64,000 nucleotides of DNA from an uncultured Actinomycetota bacterium (GTDB lineage: Bacteria > Actinomycetota > Actinomycetes > JAHEKZ01), in assembly GCA_963718235.1 (NCBI GenBank), contig CAVQYR010000001.1:1984001-2048000 (forward strand), written 5' to 3'. This document shows positions 1-10,898 of the stretch, piece by piece. Below the pieces are notes generated by a model that did no database searches, was not told the origin of the DNA, and saw only the letters and a program-made list of their open reading frames with translations. Numbering within the stretch: position 1 is the first letter of the stretch; every line of letters begins with the position of its first letter. Both the position numbers and the translations under genes were made by a program.

Positions 1-1094
1 ATCGTGCGTCCTCCGGGCCGGTAGACCCAGACCCGCGCGGTGACGAAGTCGCCGAACACGTACCGGCCGGCCATGAGGCTCGCGTAGCGACTGCCCCGGT
101 ACACGAACCCCCCGGTCACCGACTCGCCTCGCGGGTGCGGGACCACGACGTCTGGACCCAGGTATGTGCTCCGCTTGCCGCACCGGCTGGCGTTGTACAC
201 GCTCTTGGCCTCGTAGCAGGACCAACCCAGGTTGCGTCGCTTGGGCTGTCCGGGGACCACCGTGACCTCTTCGTAGGCGTCCTGTCCGACGTCACCGACC
301 CAGAGCGCGCGAGTCCGGGGGTCGAAGGAGAACCGCCAGGGGTTGCGCAACCCGCGCAACCAGATCTCGCCCCGACCTCGCGACGATCCCGCATAGGGGT
401 TCGACCGGGGAACGCAGTACTCCTTCGCACCGCACGATCGGCGCACGTCGAGCCGCAGGATCTTGCCTTTGAGCGAGTCCTTGTCCTGGGCCGCGTTGTA
501 CGGGTCGCCCGAACCACCGCCGTCACCGGTACCCAGGTACAGGTACCCGTCAGGACCGAACATGAGCTGGCCCCCGTAGTGGTTGCGGTTCTCCTTGTGC
601 TCCACGGTCAGCACCTTGCGCAGGGTGTTTCTCGACACGTGCCGCGCCCCCGGGCCAGGCGCCCGCAGTCGGGCCAGCACCAGGTTGCCGTTGCCCTGGC
701 TGTAGGTGACCCACAGCCTGTGCGTAGCGCGGAACCGAGGGTCGAAGGCCAAAGAGAGCAAGCCTCCCTCGCCCTCGTTCAGGACGACCCGCTTGATGTT
801 GAGGTAGGGCTTGCTCAGGAGCCTTTCGCCCTGCCAGATCCGCACCGTTCCGGGCTTCTCGACCACGAACATCCGATTGCTGCCGTCCGGAGCGGCCAGC
901 ACCTGGGTGGGCTGGGACAGCCCCCCGAACACGCTCTGCCAGGTCACCCGGACCCCGGCCAGCCGCGCCTCCTGCTCAACGCCGGATGACCCGGGGTCGG
1001 AGGCGGGGGCGGCCGACGCGCAGCTTGCGATGAGCCCCGACACGGCGAGTAGACCGACCAGGCCGAAGGAGGTGGGGCGAAGGTGCAGCATCAT
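1..1094 (-). CDS. PQQ-dependent sugar (glucose/sorbosone) dehydrogenase family lipoprotein; C-terminus runs off the window start
   Basis: Manual translation, not in the ORF track because it is truncated. MMLHLRPTSFGLVGLLAVSGLIASC signal/lipobox, then EGGLLSLAFDP, HYGGQLMFGPDGYLYLGTGDGG, GKILRLD, GLRNPWRFSFD, GDVGQDAYEEV, NLGW, SVTGGFVYRG motifs. Start at 1094 or 1091. Confidence 0.85.
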   Translation of the reverse strand, partial: MMLHLRPTSFGLVGLLAVSGLIASCASAAPASDPGSSGVEQEARLAGVRVTWQSVFGGLSQPTQVLAAPDGSNRMFVVEKPGTVRIWQGERLLSKPYLNIKRVVLNEGEGGLLSLAFDPRFRATHRLWVTYSQGNGNLVLARLRAPGPGARHVSRNTLRKVLTVEHKENRNHYGGQLMFGPDGYLYLGTGDGGGSGDPYNAAQDKDSLKGKILRLDVRRSCGAKEYCVPRSNPYAGSSRGRGEIWLRGLRNPWRFSFDPRTRALWVGDVGQDAYEEVTVVPGQPKRRNLGWSCYEAKSVYNASRCGKRSTYLGPDVVVPHPRGESVTGGFVYRGSRYASLMAGRYVFGDFVTARVWVYRPGGRT

Positions 1095-1201
1095 CCGAGC
1101 GTACGTGAGCGGCCCACGGTCGCCTGTGCGCAACGCGGGTGAATCGTGCCCGTGCGCGAGGGGGCTGGTGCGGGGCTCCTCGGTGTCGGAGACTGCCACC
1201 T

Positions 1202-2602
1202 ATGAGAACCTTGGACCAGCACGGTCTCAGCGTGCACAGCTCCGATGAGACGGCGACCGCTCACTACGACCGCGCCCTCGACCACTTGCTCCATTTTCGG
1301 CCTGCGGTCGGCGACGAGGTCTCCGCAGCGCTCGACGTCGACCCCGAGATGCCCATGGCGCACGTGTTCAGCGCCTACCTGGGCCTGCTCGGCACCGAGC
1401 CGGCCGACGCCGCGGCCGCCCGCGAAGTCTTCGTGACCTGGCGATCCGAGATCGACGAGACGATGCTGAACGAACGCGAGCAGCGGCACGTACAGGCAGC
1501 CCAGGCGTGGCTGGACGGGGATCTTCGCGGCGCTGGGAGGCTGCTCGGAGTGCTGAGCGTGGCCTTCCCGCGAGACGCACTCGCACTCGCCGTGGGACAC
1601 CAGATCGACTTCTTCACCGGCGACGCCGTCACGCTGCGTGACCGCGTGGGCGGGGCGCTCACGGCGTGGAACGACGACGACCGGCACCGCTCCCAGCTGC
1701 TGGGCATGTACGCGTTCGGGCTGGAGGAGGCTGGCCACTACGACCGTTCGGAAGATGTGGGGCTGGCGGCCGTCAGCCAGGACCCGACCGACGTGTGGGG
1801 CATCCATGCGGTCGTCCACACCTACGAGATGCAGGGCCGGTTCGACCGTGGGATCTCCTACCTCGACTCCAGGACCGAGGACTGGGGCAGCGGCAACTTC
1901 CTCAACGTGCACAACTGGTGGCACCGCTGTCTGTACGGGCTGGAGTCCGGAGACCATGATCGCGTCCTGAGCATCTACGACGCGGTGATCCACAACGACG
2001 AGTCGGCGGGCCTCGCGATGGAGATGCTCGACGCAGCCGCCCTGCTGTGGCGGCTCTACCTGGAGGGCGACGACCAGACCGATCGGTGGCGGATGTTGGC
2101 CCCGGTATGGGAACCAACCATGCGTCAGCCCTACTACGCCTTCAACGACATGCACGCTGTCATGTCCTACGTGGGGTCAGGCAACTTCGCGGCTGGCGAG
2201 GCGTTGGTTCGGGAGCGGCGCGACTGGTTGACCACTGCGTCCCCCGACGTCACGAACGTCACCATGACCCGTGACATCGGGCTACCAGCCTGCCAAGCCG
2301 TACTGGACTTCGGGGTCGGACGGTACGACGCGGTCGTCGACGCGCTCATGCCCCTGCGGTATCGCTTCAACGAGTTCGGTGGTAGCCACGCCCAACGAGA
2401 TGCCCTGCAGCGGACTCTCGTCGAGGCGGCGCTCAGGAGCGGGAGCACCGCGACCGCCCGTGAGCTGTTGAGCGAGCGGATCAGCCTCAAGCCGTGCAGC
2501 CCCTACAACTGGCTGAAGCAGGCAGCTCTCGCCGAGCAGCTGGGCCAGGCCGCCCAGGCCGCCGCGGCCCGCGCCGAGGCGGACCGGCTGGCCACCGCAT
2601 GA
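1202..2602 (+). CDS. Tetratricopeptide repeat protein, TTC38-like
   Basis: Motifs [48 protein letters not shown] typical of the TTC38 family. ATG at 1202. Confidence 0.75.
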   Translation: MRTLDQHGLSVHSSDETATAHYDRALDHLLHFRPAVGDEVSAALDVDPEMPMAHVFSAYLGLLGTEPADAAAAREVFVTWRSEIDETMLNEREQRHVQAAQAWLDGDLRGAGRLLGVLSVAFPRDALALAVGHQIDFFTGDAVTLRDRVGGALTAWNDDDRHRSQLLGMYAFGLEEAGHYDRSEDVGLAAVSQDPTDVWGIHAVVHTYEMQGRFDRGISYLDSRTEDWGSGNFLNVHNWWHRCLYGLESGDHDRVLSIYDAVIHNDESAGLAMEMLDAAALLWRLYLEGDDQTDRWRMLAPVWEPTMRQPYYAFNDMHAVMSYVGSGNFAAGEALVRERRDWLTTASPDVTNVTMTRDIGLPACQAVLDFGVGRYDAVVDALMPLRYRFNEFGGSHAQRDALQRTLVEAALRSGSTATARELLSERISLKPCSPYNWLKQAALAEQLGQAAQAAAARAEADRLATA

Positions 2603-2688
2603 GGTCGCTCAGCCGCCGAACCGAGGCACGCTTCGGGGTGACGACCCGGCAGTCCGGTCCAGCCCGCTCCCCGGAGGAGGCTGACTGC

Positions 2689-4293
2689 TCAGTCGTGCCG
2701 GCCGCCCGCCAACTGCTCGACGAGCCCTAGCGCCTCATCGCGGTCCAGCCCTCGGGCGACGAGCCGAGCCGGGTCGTCGGGGTCACGTAGGAACACGTGC
2801 AACGTGGCGTCCTGCTCTGCGAGCACGACGTCGGTGTTCTCGCGGCTCCCGTCGTCCCGCCAGGTGGTCGCCGTCACGAGCGCCGTGGAACCACTGGCCG
2901 CGAGGACCTGGTCGGCATCGGCGTCCGAGGGTCCTCGGTCTCCCTCGGGAAGCCGTTCCTCGAGCCGGTCGAGTGCATCGTTGGTCAGTCGCAGCCAGTA
3001 GAAGTGGATCCCCAGCGCGTCGATCATGACCTCGAGGGTCACGCCCTCTGGCTGGGGCAGCAACATGATGCGCCACGGCTCGTCCGGGGCGGTTCCGGTG
3101 AGCCGGGTGTCGAGCCCGATCCTCGAGCGCTCCTGGAAGGCGATGGCGATGCCAAGGTCACCGCGCACCTCGACGTCCTCCCGTCCCGGCGCCGTGGTGA
3201 TCAGGTTGCGCGCGGCCAGCGAACGGACGGCTTCGGCAACCACCTCCGGAGCCGGCTCACGCTCGAGGAAGTCGATGATGCCGTTGACAGCCGCGATCTC
3301 GGCCAGCGTGTATGCCCCCAGGGGCACTGGCCCCGTAGCGACGAGCTCGACGACAGCGTCGATGAGACCGGATGGAACGCCGTCTCGGGTCGGCTCGTCG
3401 CTCATGACGGGGTAGCTCCGTTCTTCGGGGACGGTTGCGGCGGACGGCAAGGCCCAACTCGGTGTCGGCTGCTCCTCGACCAGGAGGTCGCGCGCCTGAG
3501 CTGAGGCGGCGTGGGTGATCCACACGTCAGAGCCGCCGAACAGGCCGGACCCGCGCTGATCGCCACCAACGAACACCAGCTCAGCGAGCGAGCTCGCTCG
3601 ATCGGGAGGAGGGAAGCGTCGGGCCAGGTCGGACGACGCAGAGGTGGTGTCGTCGTCGTCCTCGATCCGATCGAGCGTGGCGGTCAGCTCGTCGCTCGCC
3701 GCCCCTGGAAGTGGCACCCGCGCGCTGAGATCAGGGGACAGGTACATGGGGCGCCGTTCCGTGGCACCGGAGAGACCCCACGGCCCGACGTTGCGCTTGG
3801 TGATGCGGTACACGACGTAGTCGAAGAGGTGCTGGACGTCGTGCCAGTTGGGGAGGTGGAAGCCGTCACCCATCGTCGCCGGAGTCTTCTCGAACTGCAC
3901 CCAGGTGCCCTTCTCGGTGCGCCCGTGGAGCTTCTCGCGGACCAGCGGCCCCCTCAGGCCCAGGTCGGGGTACTTCGACTTGTCGACGTGCTTGTGGTGG
4001 CTGGAGAGGCGTTGGCGGCTCTTGGGAAAGTTCCACGCCTGATACAGCTCGGGGTCGTCGACCAGCACGTGCGCGCCACACAGGACCTCACGCATGCGAA
4101 CGACGTCGAGGCCGTGGCTCTCGAGGTCGGCCATGATGGCGGCCTCAGCAGGTGTCAGGTGCTTCGCCGCACTCAGCAGTCCCTTGCGGAACCCGCCTTT
4201 GCGCGCGGTGATCTCGACGAGGAGCTGCACCCTTCGCCGGACCCGCACCGTCTCGCGCCGGGACGCTGAGGTCTGCCGCTCGGATCTGAGCAC
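2689..4293 (-). CDS. Hypothetical protein; possibly two fused genes (internal ATG at 3405)
   Basis: 534-aa ORF with coding-like codon usage. Two compositionally distinct halves. No family recognised. Confidence 0.55.
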   Translation of the reverse strand: MLRSERQTSASRRETVRVRRRVQLLVEITARKGGFRKGLLSAAKHLTPAEAAIMADLESHGLDVVRMREVLCGAHVLVDDPELYQAWNFPKSRQRLSSHHKHVDKSKYPDLGLRGPLVREKLHGRTEKGTWVQFEKTPATMGDGFHLPNWHDVQHLFDYVVYRITKRNVGPWGLSGATERRPMYLSPDLSARVPLPGAASDELTATLDRIEDDDDTTSASSDLARRFPPPDRASSLAELVFVGGDQRGSGLFGGSDVWITHAASAQARDLLVEEQPTPSWALPSAATVPEERSYPVMSDEPTRDGVPSGLIDAVVELVATGPVPLGAYTLAEIAAVNGIIDFLEREPAPEVVAEAVRSLAARNLITTAPGREDVEVRGDLGIAIAFQERSRIGLDTRLTGTAPDEPWRIMLLPQPEGVTLEVMIDALGIHFYWLRLTNDALDRLEERLPEGDRGPSDADADQVLAASGSTALVTATTWRDDGSRENTDVVLAEQDATLHVFLRDPDDPARLVARGLDRDEALGLVEQLAGGRHD

Positions 4294-4332
4294 AGGACGA
4301 CGATAGTGCGTCCGGTCCCCGCGGAGGCGCGG

Positions 4333-4404
4333 TGGGCGATACTGGGTTCGAACCAGTGACCTCTTCGGTGTGAACGAAGCGCTCTACCACTGAGCCAATC
4401 GCCC
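4333..4404 (-). tRNA. tRNA-Val(CAC)
   Basis: Reverse complement GGGCGATTGGCTCAGTGGTAGAGCGCTTCGTT-CAC-ACCGAAGAGGTCACTGGTTCGAACCCAGTATCGCCCA folds as a cloverleaf with T-loop GTTCGAA. Confidence 0.95.
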
Positions 4405-4436
4405 GCGACGTCGATGCGGCAGCCTATCCCACCCGC

Positions 4437-4892
4437 TCACCGGAGGCTGAGCCAGCCGGTCATTCCCCGCAGTGTCCAGCCGTACGACTCGACGTACCAG
4501 GCCACCAGACTGGCGACCACCAGCGCCACGATGACGAGCAGGGCAATCGTACGCCGACGGTTCTCGGGGCTGAAGGCGTTAGCCGTGGCACTGGTCGCCT
4601 TGTCGCGCGTCGCTGTGAGCAACCGATGAGCCCAGGCGTACTCGGTCGCGAGGACGGCCAGGCCAAGGAAGATGATCGCCCAGCCGGGCCCGGGCAGCGG
4701 AAGCAGGACGATCCCTGCGATGACGATGCCCGCCCCCAGCGCCGTCGCGACCGAGCGCCAGACCAGCTGTCGGTAGCGACTGTCCCCCGCCACCCGTCGG
4801 CGCCATCGGTACAACCAGTCAGGCCCCGGGGCGTCGGGTGAACCACGCCGGTGGGCCGGTGCCTCCGAAGACTCCGGATCCTGGGTAGTCAC
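4437..4892 (-). CDS. PGPGW-domain (TIGR02611-type) membrane protein
   Basis: GIVLLPLPGPGWAIIFLGLAVLATEYAWA motif. Typical position next to tRNA-Val. Confidence 0.85.
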   Translation of the reverse strand: MTTQDPESSEAPAHRRGSPDAPGPDWLYRWRRRVAGDSRYRQLVWRSVATALGAGIVIAGIVLLPLPGPGWAIIFLGLAVLATEYAWAHRLLTATRDKATSATANAFSPENRRRTIALLVIVALVVASLVAWYVESYGWTLRGMTGWLSLR

Positions 4893-4912
4893 CCGGCCAG
4901 CCTAGAACGCCG

Positions 4913-6127
4913 TCAACCCAGTGGCCTTCCCTGCGAAGCCACGACCGCACCGGAGAAGATGGTGTGCTCCACGGCTGGAGCACCGAGGTGGGCGACCACG
5001 TCGGACTCGTGGTCGGTGGCGAGGACGACTAGATCGCCGCGCGCGCCGGCCACCACCGAACCCACGTCGTCTCGGCGCAGCGCGGCAGCCCCGCCACGAG
5101 TCGCGGCGCGCAGCGCGGCCTGGACCGGTAGCCCGTAGACCAGGCAGGCCAGCTGGACCGCGTACGGCATGGACTCACACCAGGAGGTGCCAGGGTTGCA
5201 GTCAGTAGCGATCGCCAGCTCGACCCCCGCCTCACGCAGGACCCCCACCTGCCCGAAGGCGAACGTGCGAAGGGAAAGCGTGACTGTCGGCAGCAGCACA
5301 CCCACGACTCCTGCTGCAGCCATTGCGGCCGCATCGGAGGCGCTGACGTGCTCGAGGTGGTCAGCACTCGCACAGCCCATCTCCGCGGCGAGCCCCGCGG
5401 CGCCTGTGTGCGCGATCTCCTCGGCGTGCAGCCGCAGCCCGAGTCCGTGGTCGCGACCCGCGGACAGGATGCGACGGGCCTGCTCGACGGTGAAGACACC
5501 CTCGTCGCAGAACACGTCGACCCAGCGGGCACCGTGCCCGACGGCCGAGGGGATCGTGGCGATGACCTCCGCGACGTAGTTCTCGGGCTCCCGGTCATCG
5601 GGCACGACATGGGCCCCGAGGTAGGTGGGCTCGATGCGCAGCGGCACCCGAGCCGCGAGGGAGGCGATCACGTCGAGATGCCGTAGCTCCTCGGCCGCAG
5701 TCAAGCCATAGCCGGTCTTGACCTCCATCGTCGTCGTGCCCGTGCCCACCGCTGCCCAGGCCCGCTGCTCGGCCAGCATGAGCAGCTCGGCGTCCGGTGC
5801 CGCTCGGGTTGCCGCCACCGTGGTGCGGATCCCACCACCGTCGTAGGTCTCCCCCGCAAGCCGCGCGGCGAACTCCTCTCGTCGGGTCCCGGCCCAGACG
5901 AGGTGGGTGTGGGCATCGACGAACCCGGGAACGATCGCTGCGCCACCCACAGCGAGCTCGGGAAGCACCGGCAGCCCCGCTGGGAGCCGGGAGTCCGGAC
6001 CGCACCAGTCGACCCGTCCGCCACGAATCACGATCGCAGCCTGCTCGACCACGTCGTCGTCCCCCGGCTCACCGACCGGGGACGTCATCGTCAGCAGCCG
6101 GCCGATGTCGCGCACAAGAAGATCCAC
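4913..6127 (-). CDS. hutI: Imidazolonepropionase
   Basis: PGFVDAHTHLV, GGGIRTTV, GTTTMEVKTGYGL, DVFCDEG, HAEE, SADHLEH, ATDCNPG motifs. Confidence 0.93.
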   Translation of the reverse strand: MDLLVRDIGRLLTMTSPVGEPGDDDVVEQAAIVIRGGRVDWCGPDSRLPAGLPVLPELAVGGAAIVPGFVDAHTHLVWAGTRREEFAARLAGETYDGGGIRTTVAATRAAPDAELLMLAEQRAWAAVGTGTTTMEVKTGYGLTAAEELRHLDVIASLAARVPLRIEPTYLGAHVVPDDREPENYVAEVIATIPSAVGHGARWVDVFCDEGVFTVEQARRILSAGRDHGLGLRLHAEEIAHTGAAGLAAEMGCASADHLEHVSASDAAAMAAAGVVGVLLPTVTLSLRTFAFGQVGVLREAGVELAIATDCNPGTSWCESMPYAVQLACLVYGLPVQAALRAATRGGAAALRRDDVGSVVAGARGDLVVLATDHESDVVAHLGAPAVEHTIFSGAVVASQGRPLG

Positions 6128-6158
6128 GCCCTGATGCTCCCACTCCTAGGCTGGTCCC

Positions 6159-7238
6159 ATGCCGATCGACGCCGTCAACATCCGTCAGCTGGAGCAACCC
6201 GCCAGCGAGCTGCTGTCCGAGTCGATCTGGAACTACGTGGCCGGTGGGGCCGGCGACGAGCACACCCTGGCCTGGAACGAGCGGGCCTGGCAGGAGCTCC
6301 GGCTCGCGCCGCGCGTGCTCGTAGACGTGTCAGCCCTCGACACCGGCACCGTGCTGTTGGGCCACCGGCTGGCACACCCGATCGTGGTCGCGCCGACCGC
6401 CGCGCAGCGCAACTACCACCCTGAGGGGGAGCAGGCGACGCGACTCGGCGTCGACGCCACTGGTGGGCTCGCCGTCATGAGCACCTTGGGCTCCACGCCG
6501 GTCGAGGACGTCGGATCTGCGGCAGCTGGGCCGTGGTGGTTCCAGCTGTACGTGCAGTCCGACCGCGCCTACACCTCGGCCCTGGTCGAACGCGTCGTGT
6601 CGTCCGGTGCGAGCGCCCTCGTCCTCACCGTGGACACTCCCCTGCTCGGCGCCCGCGACCGGGACCGACGTCTGGGCGGGCACACCGTCGACGGGCTGGC
6701 CCCAGCGATCCTCGTCGACGCACCGCCGTCCTACGAACCACCGGTCGACCCCAGTCCGGTGGAGCGGGTCTACAACCGCCACCTCGACCCCAGCCTCACG
6801 TGGGACACCCTGGACTGGCTCGTCGACGTCTCACCCGTCCCTGTCCTGGCCAAGGGCGTTCTTCGGGCAGACGACGCCCGGCGCTGCGTCGACCACGGCG
6901 TGGCAGGCGTCGTCGTCAGCAATCACGGTGCGCGCAACTTGGACACCGCCCAGGCCACCGCGGAAGCGCTCCCGGTAGTCGTGCGTGCGGTCGACGGTCA
7001 GGCACCTGTGCTGGTCGACGGCGGGATCCGGCGTGGCACCGACATCGCCAAGGCCCTGTGCCTCGGGGCCAACGCGGTGCTCGTGGGCCGCCCGGCCGTC
7101 TGGGGGCTCACCCTCGACGGGGCCGACGGGGTGCAGTGGGTGCTGGAGACCTTGTGGAGCGAGCTCGCCATGGCCATGGGCCTGCTGGGCGCCCCTACCC
7201 TCGCCGACCTGACGCCTGACCTGATCTGGGGCCGCTGA
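6159..7238 (+). CDS. FMN-dependent alpha-hydroxy acid oxidase/dehydrogenase
   Basis: YVAGGAGDE, WFQLY, LTVD, KGV, VSNHGAR, VDGGIRRGTDIAKALCLGA, GRP motifs. Confidence 0.9.
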   Translation: MPIDAVNIRQLEQPASELLSESIWNYVAGGAGDEHTLAWNERAWQELRLAPRVLVDVSALDTGTVLLGHRLAHPIVVAPTAAQRNYHPEGEQATRLGVDATGGLAVMSTLGSTPVEDVGSAAAGPWWFQLYVQSDRAYTSALVERVVSSGASALVLTVDTPLLGARDRDRRLGGHTVDGLAPAILVDAPPSYEPPVDPSPVERVYNRHLDPSLTWDTLDWLVDVSPVPVLAKGVLRADDARRCVDHGVAGVVVSNHGARNLDTAQATAEALPVVVRAVDGQAPVLVDGGIRRGTDIAKALCLGANAVLVGRPAVWGLTLDGADGVQWVLETLWSELAMAMGLLGAPTLADLTPDLIWGR

Positions 7239-7250
7239 ACAGGCAGGCGG

Positions 7251-8942
<1,692 letters not shown>

Positions 8943-9021
8943 TGCCTCCTGGTGTGCTCGACCACCTCAGCGTCCACCGAACCCTAGCCCGCGCGAAGGC
9001 GTGCGGTCCGCAGACCTCCGG

Positions 9022-9840
9022 TCACGGATCCGGGGTTGCGGCGCTGCGCTCGGCGAACACGCGGGCCGCGTCCCGGGTCACCGGGCCAGGAGCGGTCTCG
9101 AGCACCCGGCCGTCGATGACCCCGATCGACTGCACATCGCGGGTGGACGAGGTCAGGAACGCCTCCTCGACCTCGGCCAGGACGGTCAGGGGGAGGTCGA
9201 CCTCCGCGGCATCGGTCCACTCGAGGAGCAGGTCCCGGGAGACCCCGGCGAGGCAGCCGCTGGACAAAGGAGGGGTCATCAGTCTCCCGTCCACAACAAC
9301 GAAGATGTTCGAGCCGGTCCCCTCACACAGGCGCCCGGCGGTGTTGGCGAAGATCGCCTCACTGGACCCCGCGGCGTGCGCGTGCGCCAGGGCGACCACG
9401 TTCTCGGCGTACGAGGTCGTCTTGAGCCCAGCCACTGCGGACCGCTCGTTGCGCGGCCACGGCACCGTGCTCACCGAGGTCGTCGTCTCCCACCGGCCCT
9501 CCGGGGCCGCCGCCAGGACCAGCGTCGGTCCCGAGTCACCTCGGTCGGAACCGAGCGGCGAGACACCCCCCGTGTAGGTGATGCGCAGGCGGCCCGCCTC
9601 CGGCTCCGCCTCCAGCAGCGATGCGATGGCCGCACGCACGCGTTGGTGGTCGGGCGCGGGCAGGCCCAGACCCGCCGCGGAGCGGTCCAGACGCTGCAGG
9701 TGCCGGGTCAGGGCGAAGGGAATCCCGGCAACCACCTTGCAGGTCTCGAACACACCGTCGCCGACGGTGAACCCGTGGTCGAAGGGCGAGATCCGCGCCT
9801 GCGCGGCCTCGACAAGCTGTCCATCGACCCAGACCCTCAT
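9022..9840 (-). CDS. pabC: Class IV aminotransferase / 4-amino-4-deoxychorismate lyase-like
   Basis: DHGFTVGDGVFET, HLQRL, LKTTSYAENV, EGTGSNIF, GCLAGVSR, FLTSS motifs. ATGA overlap with the upstream chorismate-binding gene. Confidence 0.8.
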   Translation of the reverse strand: MRVWVDGQLVEAAQARISPFDHGFTVGDGVFETCKVVAGIPFALTRHLQRLDRSAAGLGLPAPDHQRVRAAIASLLEAEPEAGRLRITYTGGVSPLGSDRGDSGPTLVLAAAPEGRWETTTSVSTVPWPRNERSAVAGLKTTSYAENVVALAHAHAAGSSEAIFANTAGRLCEGTGSNIFVVVDGRLMTPPLSSGCLAGVSRDLLLEWTDAAEVDLPLTVLAEVEEAFLTSSTRDVQSIGVIDGRVLETAPGPVTRDAARVFAERSAATPDP

Positions 9841-10898
9841 GAGCCCTCCTCCGAGATGGTCGCCGCGACCCGCAGCAACCGGTCAGCCTTCAGTACGGTC
9901 TCCTGCCACTCCAGCCCGGGGTCCGACCCCCACGTGATCCCTGCCCCCGTACCGAAGCACACCCGTGGCGGCTCGCTGGTCACATCGAGGAAGAAGCTGC
10001 GAATCCCCACCGCGAGCTCGGCCCGTCGCCGGTCCGCGTCGACCCAGCCGACCGCCCCGCAGTAGGGGCCACGGGGCACCGGCTCCAGCTCGACGATCGT
10101 GCGCAGGGCCGAGGACTTGGGTGCGCCTGACACCGACCCTGGCGGGAAGGCAGCCTCGAGGAGCTGCGACCACCCGACGTCGGGGCGCAGCTCGCCGCTG
10201 ACGGTGGAAACGAGGTGCACCAGTCCCGGGTGCGGCTCCACCGCCAGCAGGGCATCGACCCGGACGTCGCCGGTGGCGCAGACCCGGCCGAGGTCGTTGC
10301 GTACGAGGTCGACGATCATGATGTTCTCGGCGACGTCCTTGGCCAACATCTCCTCTGCCACGCGCGCAGTCCCCTTGATCGGGGACGACGTGACGGTCGC
10401 ACCGTCGCGGCGCAAGAACAGCTCCGGTGACGCGCAGGCAACGTGGACGTGGGCGCTCGGCAGGGCGATCACGCCCTCGAACGGTGCTGGATGGCTCGCG
10501 GCCAGCACCCGGCCGAGTCCGAGCAGGTGGGTCACGCCCTCAGGGGCGGGGGCGCTCAGCATGCGACACAGGTTGACCTGGTAGACGTCACCAAGGGCGA
10601 TCCGGTCCCGAACCTCCTGGACGCCGACGAGGTACTCCGTCTGGCTCATCGACGACGTCCACCCGCTCGCCGGTATCCCGGGCCAGGGCACTTCGGGCAC
10701 TCGGACACGGTCGTCTCCGTAGTGGCGGACGTCGTCGAAACGGGCGAACGTGGCCGCCCCCTCGAAGTCGACGACCACAGCCCACCAGCCCGTCCCGTCG
10801 AGGACACGTGGGTCGCTGCTGACCTCGACCAGGTCACGCGCGGTGACTCCACGAAAGCAGGCGATCGCCTCCTGGGTGGTGACCAGGCGTCGCGTCAC
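9837..10898 (-). CDS. Chorismate-binding protein (PabB/TrpE-like)
   Basis: GDVYQVNLCR, SPELFL, SPIKGT, KDVAENIMIVDLVRNDL, FPPGSVSGAPK, RGPYCGAVG, GAGITWGSD motifs. GTG start at 10898 overlaps the hutH stop (GTGA). Confidence 0.85.
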   Translation of the reverse strand: MTRRLVTTQEAIACFRGVTARDLVEVSSDPRVLDGTGWWAVVVDFEGAATFARFDDVRHYGDDRVRVPEVPWPGIPASGWTSSMSQTEYLVGVQEVRDRIALGDVYQVNLCRMLSAPAPEGVTHLLGLGRVLAASHPAPFEGVIALPSAHVHVACASPELFLRRDGATVTSSPIKGTARVAEEMLAKDVAENIMIVDLVRNDLGRVCATGDVRVDALLAVEPHPGLVHLVSTVSGELRPDVGWSQLLEAAFPPGSVSGAPKSSALRTIVELEPVPRGPYCGAVGWVDADRRRAELAVGIRSFFLDVTSEPPRVCFGTGAGITWGSDPGLEWQETVLKADRLLRVAATISEEGS

